Shown here in pieces: positions 10,586 through 19,477 of a stretch of 64,000 nucleotides of DNA. How positions within the stretch are numbered: the stretch's first letter is position 1; each line of letters starts with the position of its first letter. Source of the DNA: an uncultured delta proteobacterium (lineage in GTDB: Bacteria > Desulfobacterota > Binatia > UBA9968); contig CAVUZH010000003.1 of NCBI GenBank assembly GCA_963745835.1, positions 224,001 to 288,000 on the forward strand. The letters are read 5' to 3'. Position numbers and translations under genes: made by a program. A model generated the notes under the pieces. It saw only the letters and a program-made list of their open reading frames with translations. It did not search any database and had not been told where the DNA came from.

Positions 10586-11974
10586 ATGGCGTGCATGAAT
10601 CATATCAAGCCGTATGACGAGCTGCCTTACAAATGCCTTCCGATCGAATGGACGGCGCCCGAGCGACTTGCGCTCGCTTCCATTCTGCATGGAGGCCCGC
10701 GACCCTCGCTCGACACATACAGAGTGCTTGAGCTTGGATGTGGAAATGGAGCGAATCTATTGCCGCTGGCGTATTATCGGAGGCACGCAACTTTTGTCGG
10801 TCTAGACGGCGCTCTTACCCAGATTGAAATCGCCGATGCTCGCAAATCAGCACTGGAGTTATCCAACATCGAATTTATTCACTCGAATTTCTTTACAGCA
10901 GCCCAGAGACTCTGGGGTCAGTTCGACTTCATTATCGCTCACGGCATCTTTTCATGGGTAACCAACGACGTCCGTGATGCTCTGCTAGAGCTCTGCGCAC
11001 AACACCTTCGCCCCGGTGGTCTGCTCTACCTGAATTATAATACAAGACCGGGCTGGAACGTGCGTGGCATGGTAAGGGAGTTTCTTCTCGCGCAGACAGC
11101 CGGGACGACAAGCCTCCAAATGCGAGCTCAGGCCGCCCAGGATGTTGCAGCCAAAATCGTTTCGTCCCTGACGATAGCTGAACATCCTTACTCGCAACTG
11201 ATGGCTAACGAGTTTCGATTTGTTTGTGAGAATCATGTGTCCTATGTCGCGCACGAATACCTCGCGTCCGAAAACCATCCCTATTGGAGAAGCAAATTCC
11301 TGGGATTGGCGCGAGCCTATGGACTTGAGTATGTGACCGACGCAGACTTCTGTTATAGCTCGGGGCGACTTCCTGAAGACTTGGTATCACGACTCAGTGA
11401 AGAGCAGATTGCAGGACGTACGCTCGATGATACCGTGGACCTGCTGTGCTATCGACAACTGCACTCTCCAATCCTGACGCATAGCCCATTGACATTGCGA
11501 CCTCCGAGCATCGAGGAGTTCGCGAACCTAATCGTCGCTTCGTGTCTCGTACCCTGTGCCTCGAACAATACTGAGAACCCAATGTTCCAACATCCGTCCG
11601 GCTATCAGGTTGAAGCAAAGACGGTAGATATGGCGACTGCACTCAGCGGGTTACAGTCGCTGTGGCCACGAGGCCTCCGTATAGGTACTTTATTCCCAGA
11701 TGTGAGGGGGATCATCGATGATCTGAAGCTTCTACAGCGGAACGGACTCATCGAACTGCGTTGCATTGAGCCCGGCGAGTTTAGTGTCGGTCGGACGCCG
11801 CTAAACAGATTGGAGAGCCGGTGGGGCGATTATGTTACGTCTCCCATATCACACACCGGAAGCTGTCCCGAAGCGAGTTTGGAAGCCGATCCTGTTGATA
11901 TGAACGCTAACTCGCAAGTCAGGTCTCTGGAGCGGACAGCGCAACAATCTCTTGTCTCTTCATGTCGCCGCTAA
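10586..11974 (+). CDS. Class I SAM-dependent methyltransferase with regulatory domain (MethyTransf_Reg / rickettsial PKMT-like)
   Basis: YDELPY..PERL, VLELGCGNGANLLP (motif I), FDFIIAHGIFSWV, LRPGGLLYLNYNTRPGW, YVAHEYLASENHP. Confidence 0.85.
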   Translation: MACMNHIKPYDELPYKCLPIEWTAPERLALASILHGGPRPSLDTYRVLELGCGNGANLLPLAYYRRHATFVGLDGALTQIEIADARKSALELSNIEFIHSNFFTAAQRLWGQFDFIIAHGIFSWVTNDVRDALLELCAQHLRPGGLLYLNYNTRPGWNVRGMVREFLLAQTAGTTSLQMRAQAAQDVAAKIVSSLTIAEHPYSQLMANEFRFVCENHVSYVAHEYLASENHPYWRSKFLGLARAYGLEYVTDADFCYSSGRLPEDLVSRLSEEQIAGRTLDDTVDLLCYRQLHSPILTHSPLTLRPPSIEEFANLIVASCLVPCASNNTENPMFQHPSGYQVEAKTVDMATALSGLQSLWPRGLRIGTLFPDVRGIIDDLKLLQRNGLIELRCIEPGEFSVGRTPLNRLESRWGDYVTSPISHTGSCPEASLEADPVDMNANSQVRSLERTAQQSLVSSCRR

Positions 11975-11985
11975 GGTAAAGAAGA

Positions 11986-13012
11986 ATGTGGGCCGTAACA
12001 AATCGTACTCCTTATAAAGTTGGGCGTGTTTGGGGGCGTGACAAGGACGGTGTCCACGAGTGGATTGTGGCCGTCAAGGGCACTTTCGACATCAAGCCTG
12101 ATGGCAGTCTCAGGCTTGCCGATGAGCAACTCGAACCATTGCTGCTGCCGGAGTATAACGGCGAGCCAGGTGTATCGAGCCTGCGCTACGACGCTGATCT
12201 TGTTGCACCAAAGCCCACAACGGATGTGGTGGTCAATGGCACGGCATATGCGCCAAAAGGACACCCGAGCACAGACTTTCTCGTTTCGGTTCGCGTAGCT
12301 CGGATCCAAAAGACGATTCGAGTCAGAGGTCACAGCGAGGATGGAAGCGGGGGCTGTTCGGTCTCGAACCATCGGCTCGGAACCGATCACTAAACTTCCG
12401 ATCATCTATGAGCGCGCTTACGGTGGATACGATCAAACGGATCCTGATCCGAAAAAGCAACGCATAGATTTGCGAAATCCGGTGGGCTGCGGCGTAGTCG
12501 GCGAAATCAAAAAATCGAATTGGTCAGCATTACCCAATTTCGAATACCCCAAAGGAAAGCTAGAAAAGGCCGGCCCTGCCGGCTTTGGCGCCATCGACAG
12601 CTATTGGTCGCCGCGACACGAACTGCAGGGCACATACGACAAAGCTTGGCAGAAGGATCGTTACCCACTTTTGCCTAATGATTGGGATCCACATTCCCTG
12701 TTGTGTTCGCCCCCAGACCAGCGCCCCAAAAAACACCTGCATGGCGGCGAACTCGTCGAACTAGAGAATCTGACACCGAACGGCAAGCTCCGCTTTACCC
12801 TGCCGACGGCTTACCTACGTTTCCTGACGCACATCGACAATCGCACTGAAGAACACGAGCGTCGGCTGGCCACGGTGATCATCGAGCCCGATTATCCACG
12901 CCTGATCATGGTGTGGCAGTCCGTGCTGGCGGTTCGTAATGACGGCGATTATCTCGATGAGACCGTCGTGACTGAGAACGAATATTTCGGAAGGCTGGCA
13001 TCGAATGGCTAG
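11986..13012 (+). CDS. DUF2169-family T6SS adaptor/chaperone, frameshifted near 12335-12380
   Basis: NRTPY..WIVAVKGTF..SSLRYDADLVAPKPTTDVVVNGTAYAP, then PIIYERAYGG..NPVGCG..PAGFGAI..WSPR..GTYD..W...SPPDQ..GGELVELENL. Confidence 0.9.
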
Positions 13013-14073
13013 TTCGATTCAGATCGTCGGAATTGGCGCGCGGACGCCCCTCGGTGATGCGGCCACCGCCGCGGCCGCCGTTCGAGCAGGACTGACGGGG
13101 CTCGGCCAGCATCCCTTCATGTTGGATCGCGACGCCGTTCCTATCCCCGGCCGCCCTCGTCGCGGAGCTCGATCTGACCGACATGGGTCCCAAGCGCCTG
13201 CTCGCATTGGCCGAACCCGCGCTGCGCGACGCTTGCGCGTCGCTCGACTCCGGCAGGTCGGTTCGACAGCGGTTGCCTGTTTTCCTGGGACTGCCGGCGC
13301 TCCGGCCCGGATTCACCGAAAAGTATGCCGAGGCCGTGCGAACCGGATTGGCTCGACTGGACGGGCTCCCGGCGGACCTCGCTGAAATCACGGTTTTCTC
13401 CCATGGGCACGCGGCGGGAGTATCGGCCTTGGCGGCAGGGTTCGAGCATCTCCACAACTCCACGTTCGAGGTGTGCCTCGTCGGAGGTGTGGACAGCTAT
13501 TTCCACGCCGACACGGTGGACTGGCTCCTCGCGAATCGCCAACTGGCCGGCGCGGTCTCGCGTTCCGGTTTTGTGCCAGGTGAAGGAGCGGCGTTTTGTT
13601 TGCTGGCCACCGACAAAGGTCTCAACCGTCTTGGTCTGAAGCCCATGGCGCGCGTGCGTGCGGTGGCCGTCGGTAAAGAAACGAAGTTGATCAAGACAAC
13701 GGACCTGTGCCTCGGCGAAGGTCTAAGCGCAACCGTGAGAGACGCGGTGAGTGGTCTGCGACTTCCCGATGAAAGGATCAACGAAATCTATTGCGACATC
13801 AACGGCGAACGCTACCGCAGCGAAGAGTGGGGATTTGTCTGCCTGCGCTTGGCACAGTACTTCGACGATGCGACAACGTATCATTCGCCGGCCGAATGCT
13901 TGGGCGATATGGGCGCCGCCTCGGGACCGTTCTTTGCGATCCTGGCATGCCAGGCCTTTGCGCGCCGTTACTCCAGAGGACCGCGCGTCATGTTGTGGGC
14001 GAGTTCGGAAGGTGGCCAACGAGGTGTCGCGGTGTTAGAGGATTCGACGGCGGGACTGAAAGAAAGGAATTAA
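13005..14073 (+). CDS. Thiolase/beta-ketoacyl-synthase-fold T6SS accessory protein (PRK06147-like), frameshifted near 13150
   Basis: IVGIGARTPLG..AAAVRAGL; CLVGGVDSY; GFVPGEGAAF; GEGLS; DINGERYRSEEWG; PAECLGDMGAASG. Confidence 0.85.
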
Positions 14074-14074
14074 G

Positions 14075-14898
14075 GTGCCAAGTGTAGCCATCCATCCGCC
14101 GAAGACGCCGGTCCATAAAGGCAGCCACACGATCGCAAAAGCCACCATTCCAAACATCTGCAAGATGCCGGGGCCGCCGGCGCCGTTCGTGCCCGCCCCG
14201 CTGCCGAACATCGCCAAGTCGGAACTCTCGCCGAAAGATTACTCGACGACGGTCAAGATCGAAGGCAATACGGTCGCGATCAGAGGTTCGACGTTTGAAA
14301 GCATCGGCGATATGGCCAGCAAAGGCACCGGGGGTGGCTTGATCTCGGCCAATTTCACGGACCGGCCAAGTTCATCGCCCCCGGTTCGATGACCGTCAAG
14401 ATCGAGGGGAAGAACGTCCATTTGCTTGGCGACTCGATGCTCAACAATCTGGGGCCGAGCGGCAGCCCGCCGAACACGGGCGCGACCATGATGGGTGCGG
14501 ATCATGCGGACCTGTCGATGGAATCGAGGTGCAAGAAGGCACGCGAAAGAAGCGGAAGACTGGCGAATGAATTCAGGCACGGCCTGGACCAGCCGATGAG
14601 AAGCCGGCAATCGTGCAGTGCTGTCGATACGAATGGCAGATTGAGTACAGGGGTGAGAGGTTCCAGCTACCTCTGGTGAGTGACCTCGCAAAACAGTTTC
14701 CGTCTCCGCATAACCACAAATGTGCTGAATTGACGGCCATTTCCAGAATATCAGCATGCATGGACTGGAGACGGTGCGGGATGCGTTATCACAACAGTCA
14801 ATGTGCGAAGACCAGGTCATGAAGATCACAACACAAAGGAACCGGCCTGCCCGGGGTGCAAACCGCTGCTGGAGGCCTTAGGCATCATCAGATGTTGA
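14075..14898 (+). CDS. DUF4150 (PAAR-like) spike-tip protein fused to a C-terminal YwqJ-like deaminase toxin; multiple frameshifts
   Basis: PNICKMPGPPAPFVPAPLPNIAKS..TVKIEG..GDMASKGTGGGLIS..GSMTVKIEGKNVHLLGD.MLNN. C-terminus reconstructed as ..PSPHNHKCAELTAISR..ITTVNVRRPGHEDHNTKEPACPGCKPLLEALGIIRC* (CAE at 14721, CPGC at 14848). Confidence 0.75.
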
Positions 14899-14914
14899 GG
14901 CCCGGAGAGCTCAG

Positions 14915-15407
14915 ATGGATATTTGGAAGGACTTGACGACCAGAGAAATGCAGGCTTATGGAGCCTTATGTCTGCATCGCTTTTGCAAAGCCACAGGATC
15001 AACATCGATCCATTGATGAACTGATCGACCATCTTCTCTCAATGCTGGTCTCCTATCCCTTGGACAAGTGGGAACGCCGAGGAGCGCGCCTGCACTTGAA
15101 CAGGTAGAGGCTGGGATCCGCTTCCGGCATCTCTGAACGACCAGCTTCCCGAAGAACTTCGGAAAGACTTCGCCCGGTTCGTCGAAGACGTTGTGGATAT
15201 CGGCTTCTGCGATATGTATGGGGCCCCCACGACCAAATCGCTGAAGTATTTATAAAAAGCTTGACGTTTCTGGACGAACACGGGATTGAGCGTCCAGACG
15301 TGGCCGAACTCTTTAAGAATCGCACCCCGAGAGGGGGGACCGCTCCGGACTTGGGAGAAGTATTCTCTCAGGAACGATACGAGCAGGTGAGAGCGTTGTT
15401 CCGATAA
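14915..15407 (+). CDS. Putative cognate immunity protein (~165 aa), frameshifted
   Basis: GGAGAG RBS then ATG 14915. Across frames: MDIWKDLTTREMQAYGALCLHRFC..SIDELIDHLLSML..WERRG..GRGWDPLP..DFARFVEDVVDIGFCDMYGA..FLDEHGIERP..YEQVRALFR*. Directly behind the toxin domain. Confidence 0.6.
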
Positions 15408-15512
15408 CGTGACCTGGCACGTCGATCCAATAGGCTGCCCCACACATGTTGTCGATCTATGGAATGCCTGTCCGGTGTGACTTGTCTCGTTGCGGAGGCG
15501 AACCGATAGACC

Positions 15513-15831
15513 GTGCGTGCCAACCCATACGACGAGCTACCCTACAAATCGCTCCCCATCGAATGGACCGCACCCGAACGCCTTGCGGTGGCTTCGCTCC
15601 TTCATGGGGGTCCCCGAGCGCCGGTGGAGACCTATCGGGTTCTGGATCTGGGCTGCGGCAACGGTGCGAACGTCGTACGGCTAGCGTACTATCGGAGACA
15701 GGCCGCCTTTGTGGGTTGACGGTGCAGCGAGCCAGATCGAACTCGCGAACTTTTGGAAGTCGGCTCTGGACCTCTCCAACATCGAGTTCATCCACACGGA
15801 TTTCCGCACTTGCCCAACTCGTCTGGGGTCA
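15513..15831 (+). pseudogene. 5' fragment of a second PKMT-like methyltransferase paralogue, truncated by the transposase element
   Basis: NPYDELPYKSLPIEWTAPERLAVASLLHGGPR..YRVLDLGCGNGAN..AYYRRQAAFVG..QIE..SALDLSNIEFIH closely parallels the N-terminus of 10586..11974; similarity stops at ~15831. Confidence 0.85.
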
Positions 15832-16117
15832 AATCTTTATCTATAATTTTAGACTCGACTAATCTTCTCATTTCGTGTTAAGAGTTGATCATGGCCCGGC
15901 CCTTGAGAATCTTTTATCCCAATGCGGTTTATCATGTTACCTGTCGAGGTAACGATAGAAAGAATATCTTCGAGACGATAGGGATCGGCGAGTGTTCCTG
16001 AAACACCTCCAGAATTCAAGAGAGATCTACGGCGTCAAGGTTCAAGCCTACGTGTTGATGAGCAATCATTTCCACTTGATCCTGGAGACGCCGAAGGCCA
16101 ATCTTTCCGAGTTTATG
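15825..16117 (+). mobile_element. Truncated 5' copy of a Y1/HUH (RAYT-like) transposase element
   Basis: Begins GGGGTCAAATCTTT; ATG 15891 MARPLRIFYPNAVYHVTCRGN.. and, after a shift, ..AYVLMSNHFHLILETPKANLSEFM; ends abruptly. Confidence 0.85.
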
Positions 16118-16133
16118 TGCTTCTGGGCAATCA

Positions 16134-17186
16134 GGGTCAAATCTTTACATATGATTTAGCTAGACTGATTCTTTCGTGGGCTTGCTATGGGTTGGTCATG
16201 GCACGGCCCTTAAGAATTCTTTATCCCAATGCTTTTTATCACGTTACCTGTCGAGGGAACGATAGAAAGAAGATTTTCGAGACGATCGCGACCGGCGAGC
16301 GTTCCTAGAAAAGCTAAATACCTCAAGGGAAATCTATGGCGTTAATGTTCAAGCATACGTGCTGATGAGCAATCATTTCCATTTAATTGTAGAGACGCCC
16401 AAGGCCAACCTCTCCGACTTCATGAGGCATTTTAATATTGCATATACCGGCGCCTATAATCGCCGACACAAGAGAGTAGGACATCTATATCAAGGGAGAT
16501 ACAAAGCCATATTGGTGGATAAAGACAGCTACCTGTTGGAATTGAGCCGCTATCTTCATTTGAATCCAGTTAGAATCAAAAGCTCTCGAGAGCGCAGCTA
16601 TCAGGAGCAGATCAAAACCCTGGAAGGATACACCTGGAGTAGTTTAGGCGGTTATATAGACACCAAGAAGAAGGTTCCTTGGATCACTTATGATCAAGTG
16701 CTAAATCAGGTCGGCGGTTCCCGAACCAAATACAAGGAGTTTGTCAAAGAGGGCATGAAAAGTGGCTATCGGACACCATGGGACAAAGTGGAGGGGCAGA
16801 TGGTTTTGGGAGATAAGAGATTCTTACAGAAGCTCAAGGGCAAATGGGAGAAAGCGGCATCGCGACGCGAGCAGCCATCGGCGAGAGCGTTCTCCGCAGT
16901 TGACTCTGAAGCGGTGATACGAGCGGCAAGTGCATATTTCAAGATCGGGCGAGAGGAACTGAGCAAGAAACGAACTCGTTATCGAGACGAGCGCAGCGTT
17001 GTGATGAATTTGATGTATCGCCTAAGCGCGATTAGTCAGGCGGAGATTGGACGGACACTAGGAGGTCTAGACTACACCGCTGTGAGTCGGGAACGCAAAA
17101 GACTGCGAGATAAAATAGCGGTCGATCAGAAGCTCAGACGAGCGATGGAAAATTTGGAAACTAAATTAGGCACCTAACATTTGACC
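16134..17186 (+). mobile_element. RAYT-like Y1 tyrosine transposase element (CDS 16198..17177, one frameshift near 16278) with C-terminal DnaA-C-like HTH
   Basis: MARPLRI..YHVTCRGN; HUH motif LMSNHFHL; GHLYQGRYKA; RYLHLNPV; YTWSS; C-terminal SQAEIGRTLGGLDYTAVS. Bounded by GGGTCAAAT (16134) and inverted ATTTGACC (17179-17186). Confidence 0.9.
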
Positions 17187-17377
17187 AGCGACGGTCTTCT
17201 AGATAGCGCATAAATCAGACTACTGAAGCAGCAATGCTGAGAGCAGTCGGAATACTGGAAGGCGGTCATCAAAAAATTTCGACGAGTGATGAGCTAACTT
17301 TCGAGTGAAGGCTTTGCCGCTAGTACTCATATTGGCTATTTGATCTCACGGCATCAACGAGCGTCGGTTAGTTCTCC

Positions 17378-17560
17378 ATGACTGATCCGGGTTTTAAGAT
17401 TTCATTCATTTTCTTTGCCCTGGCCGTGATCTTTTTGGTTGTCTCGGTTAGAGATTATTCAAGAAACAAAGGTAAAACAAATCCGGCGCGGCAAACCTGG
17501 CTCAGAGTTTCTTTTATCTTTGCTGCGGTCGGAATTGTGCTCGCTTTGATGCACATCTGA
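17378..17560 (+). CDS. Small two-TM membrane protein
   Basis: 60 aa with two hydrophobic helices separated by a basic loop. Confidence 0.6.
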   Translation: MTDPGFKISFIFFALAVIFLVVSVRDYSRNKGKTNPARQTWLRVSFIFAAVGIVLALMHI

Positions 17561-17652
17561 GAACGAAGGGAAATCCATCGTGCTTTGGTCTGGTTTGCCT
17601 TGACACGTCAGGCCGCATCTAAACGGTCTGGCATGGAAGCGAAGGACGTCAG

Positions 17653-18231
17653 ATGAAGATCTCGCTCAAGACTTTCCATCAATCTAGATTGTGTTTGCGG
17701 ATTCTGCTCGTGACCGCGATACTGACTAGCTGCACTCCTGCCGTACCGCGAACCTTGCCGCCGGAGAGCTACAACGGGCCGACGGCGGAGCAACCGTTAT
17801 TCCAAAAAGGAGATTTCTGGATCTACGAAGCGGGTAACGCGGCGCGTACGAAGTCGACGGGATTATACCCAAACCTGAACTTCCCGCTTTGGATTGGCAA
17901 AACTTGGAGCTATGAAACCGAGGTCCGGAGGGCCCATTTGCCGCCAAGCAGTATGGGTTCCCCTTTGCGTGGACAGGTCGATTGCGCTGTAAAGGCGGTC
18001 GACAAACTAACCGTCAGGGCGGGAACGTTCGAGGCATTTCGATGCGAATGCGATTGCGAACTTTTGATTGGTGAAGGGCAATACCAGTCGGGCTGCGGCA
18101 CGTGGACGATTTGGTACGCGCCGGATGTTAAAAACGTGATCCAAACAAAAACGGCGAGCACCTCTAGTTCGGTCGAATTGATCCAGTATAAAATCTCCCG
18201 TGCCAGTGCGGGTACAAAAATGGCTCCTTGA
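17653..18231 (+). CDS. Predicted lipoprotein, beta-rich (VxAGTF..WYAP motif)
   Basis: Lipobox-like LTSC after a hydrophobic stretch; LTVRAGTFEAFRC..TIWYAPDVKNVI. Confidence 0.7.
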   Translation: MKISLKTFHQSRLCLRILLVTAILTSCTPAVPRTLPPESYNGPTAEQPLFQKGDFWIYEAGNAARTKSTGLYPNLNFPLWIGKTWSYETEVRRAHLPPSSMGSPLRGQVDCAVKAVDKLTVRAGTFEAFRCECDCELLIGEGQYQSGCGTWTIWYAPDVKNVIQTKTASTSSSVELIQYKISRASAGTKMAP

Positions 18232-18447
18232 TTACGAAAATTGATCTCTCACTTACGAACGTTAAACGTTGTCAAATGATCTGGTTGATCTTTAGTAAGC
18301 CATTTAAGTACTGTAGGCACATTAGGTGGTCTAACCGTTTTCGCTTTTCCCGATACTGATGATGTCCCATGGTACGCCACTAACGATTAACAATGCTGCA
18401 TCTTCTCCCCTAAATTCGACTCGCAACAATACTTAGAGGATTTCCCA

Positions 18448-19256
18448 ATGACGCAGTCAAGAATTCCAGGTCCCTTGGGCCAAACGCCTGACGCAGACAC
18501 GCTCGAAGCGCGATCCATAGGATTATCGTTGCGGCCGGGTCGGCGTGCGCCCCAGGCCGACAGCCCGCCAGGCCCTGTGGGGCTACATATTTGGAGCGCG
18601 CCGATATTCGCTGCGCCGGGCGCCGTAGCAAAGGTGACAAATACCGGATCCGGCGGCAAGGCGTTGATCGTAGTCGGCACTGGTCATGACGATCTCAAGA
18701 GAGACGTCCGCTATCCGGACGACAAGCACTTCACCCAGGCGATTCTCGAGTTCTTCGCTCCGCATACCAAGGGATGACTGTGACGATCAAGCACGTGAAC
18801 AGCGCGAAAGAGATGAAACACCTTATCGCGGAAGGATCGTGGGAACTCGTCGCATACTTCGGGCATGGCGTGGTCAACCAGATGGCGCTTGAACCGAAAG
18901 AAGGCGGCGCGCGGCTGTCAAAGGATGAATTGGTCACAGCTTTGAAACAAGCCAAACCCAGCCGCGTTCTTCTCATGGGCTGCAAGGCGGGGTGGACTGG
19001 CCTCGGCCGGCAAATCTCGACCGAGCTGCCGGGCGTAACGGTCGGCGCGACCTTTGAATCGCTCGACGTCACCTGGGAGCAGGGGAAGCCCAAGGACGGC
19101 GACTTTTACAACCGGCTGAATCCGAGCGAGGAATTCACGATCTACAAGGACGGGTTTCAGCTGGACAACGGGCAAAAGGCAAAATGGCGCAAGCGCGAGC
19201 AAGTTGACAAACTCGATCCCAATGGCGACCCTCTGGGCGAGCGGGTCGCACAATGA
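18448..19256 (+). CDS. Putative caspase/CHAT-fold cysteine peptidase with PGPLG/PGPVG N-terminal leader (probably one gene broken at ~18773)
   Basis: Leader MTQSRIPGPLG..SPPGPVG; strand ALIVVGTG; His-Cys dyad motifs LVAYFGHG (His 18864) and VLLMGCKAG (Cys 18981). Confidence 0.6.
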
Positions 19257-19477
19257 ATGGCATCGCCTTGGCCGATAATTACGAACGGCGAAACTTTGAA
19301 CCCCAATACCAGCTAACGCGTGCTTCTAGAAGTGATCGTATACTAACGGTGCCCTTGTGCGTGCCAAGATAATCCACCTTGGCTTAACGTATCTGAAGGA
19401 ATCCGGTAGCAACTTTAGACACGGCATTATGTCCGAGTAGCCGGTGTCGACACCGACTTCTTGACCGCCGCAGATGA

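Noticed and set aside
13005-14073. Fatty-acid/polyketide biosynthetic cluster (ketosynthase + methyltransferase)
   Set aside because: No catalytic Cys, ACP or other PKS genes; context is the T6SS DUF2169/DUF4150 cassette
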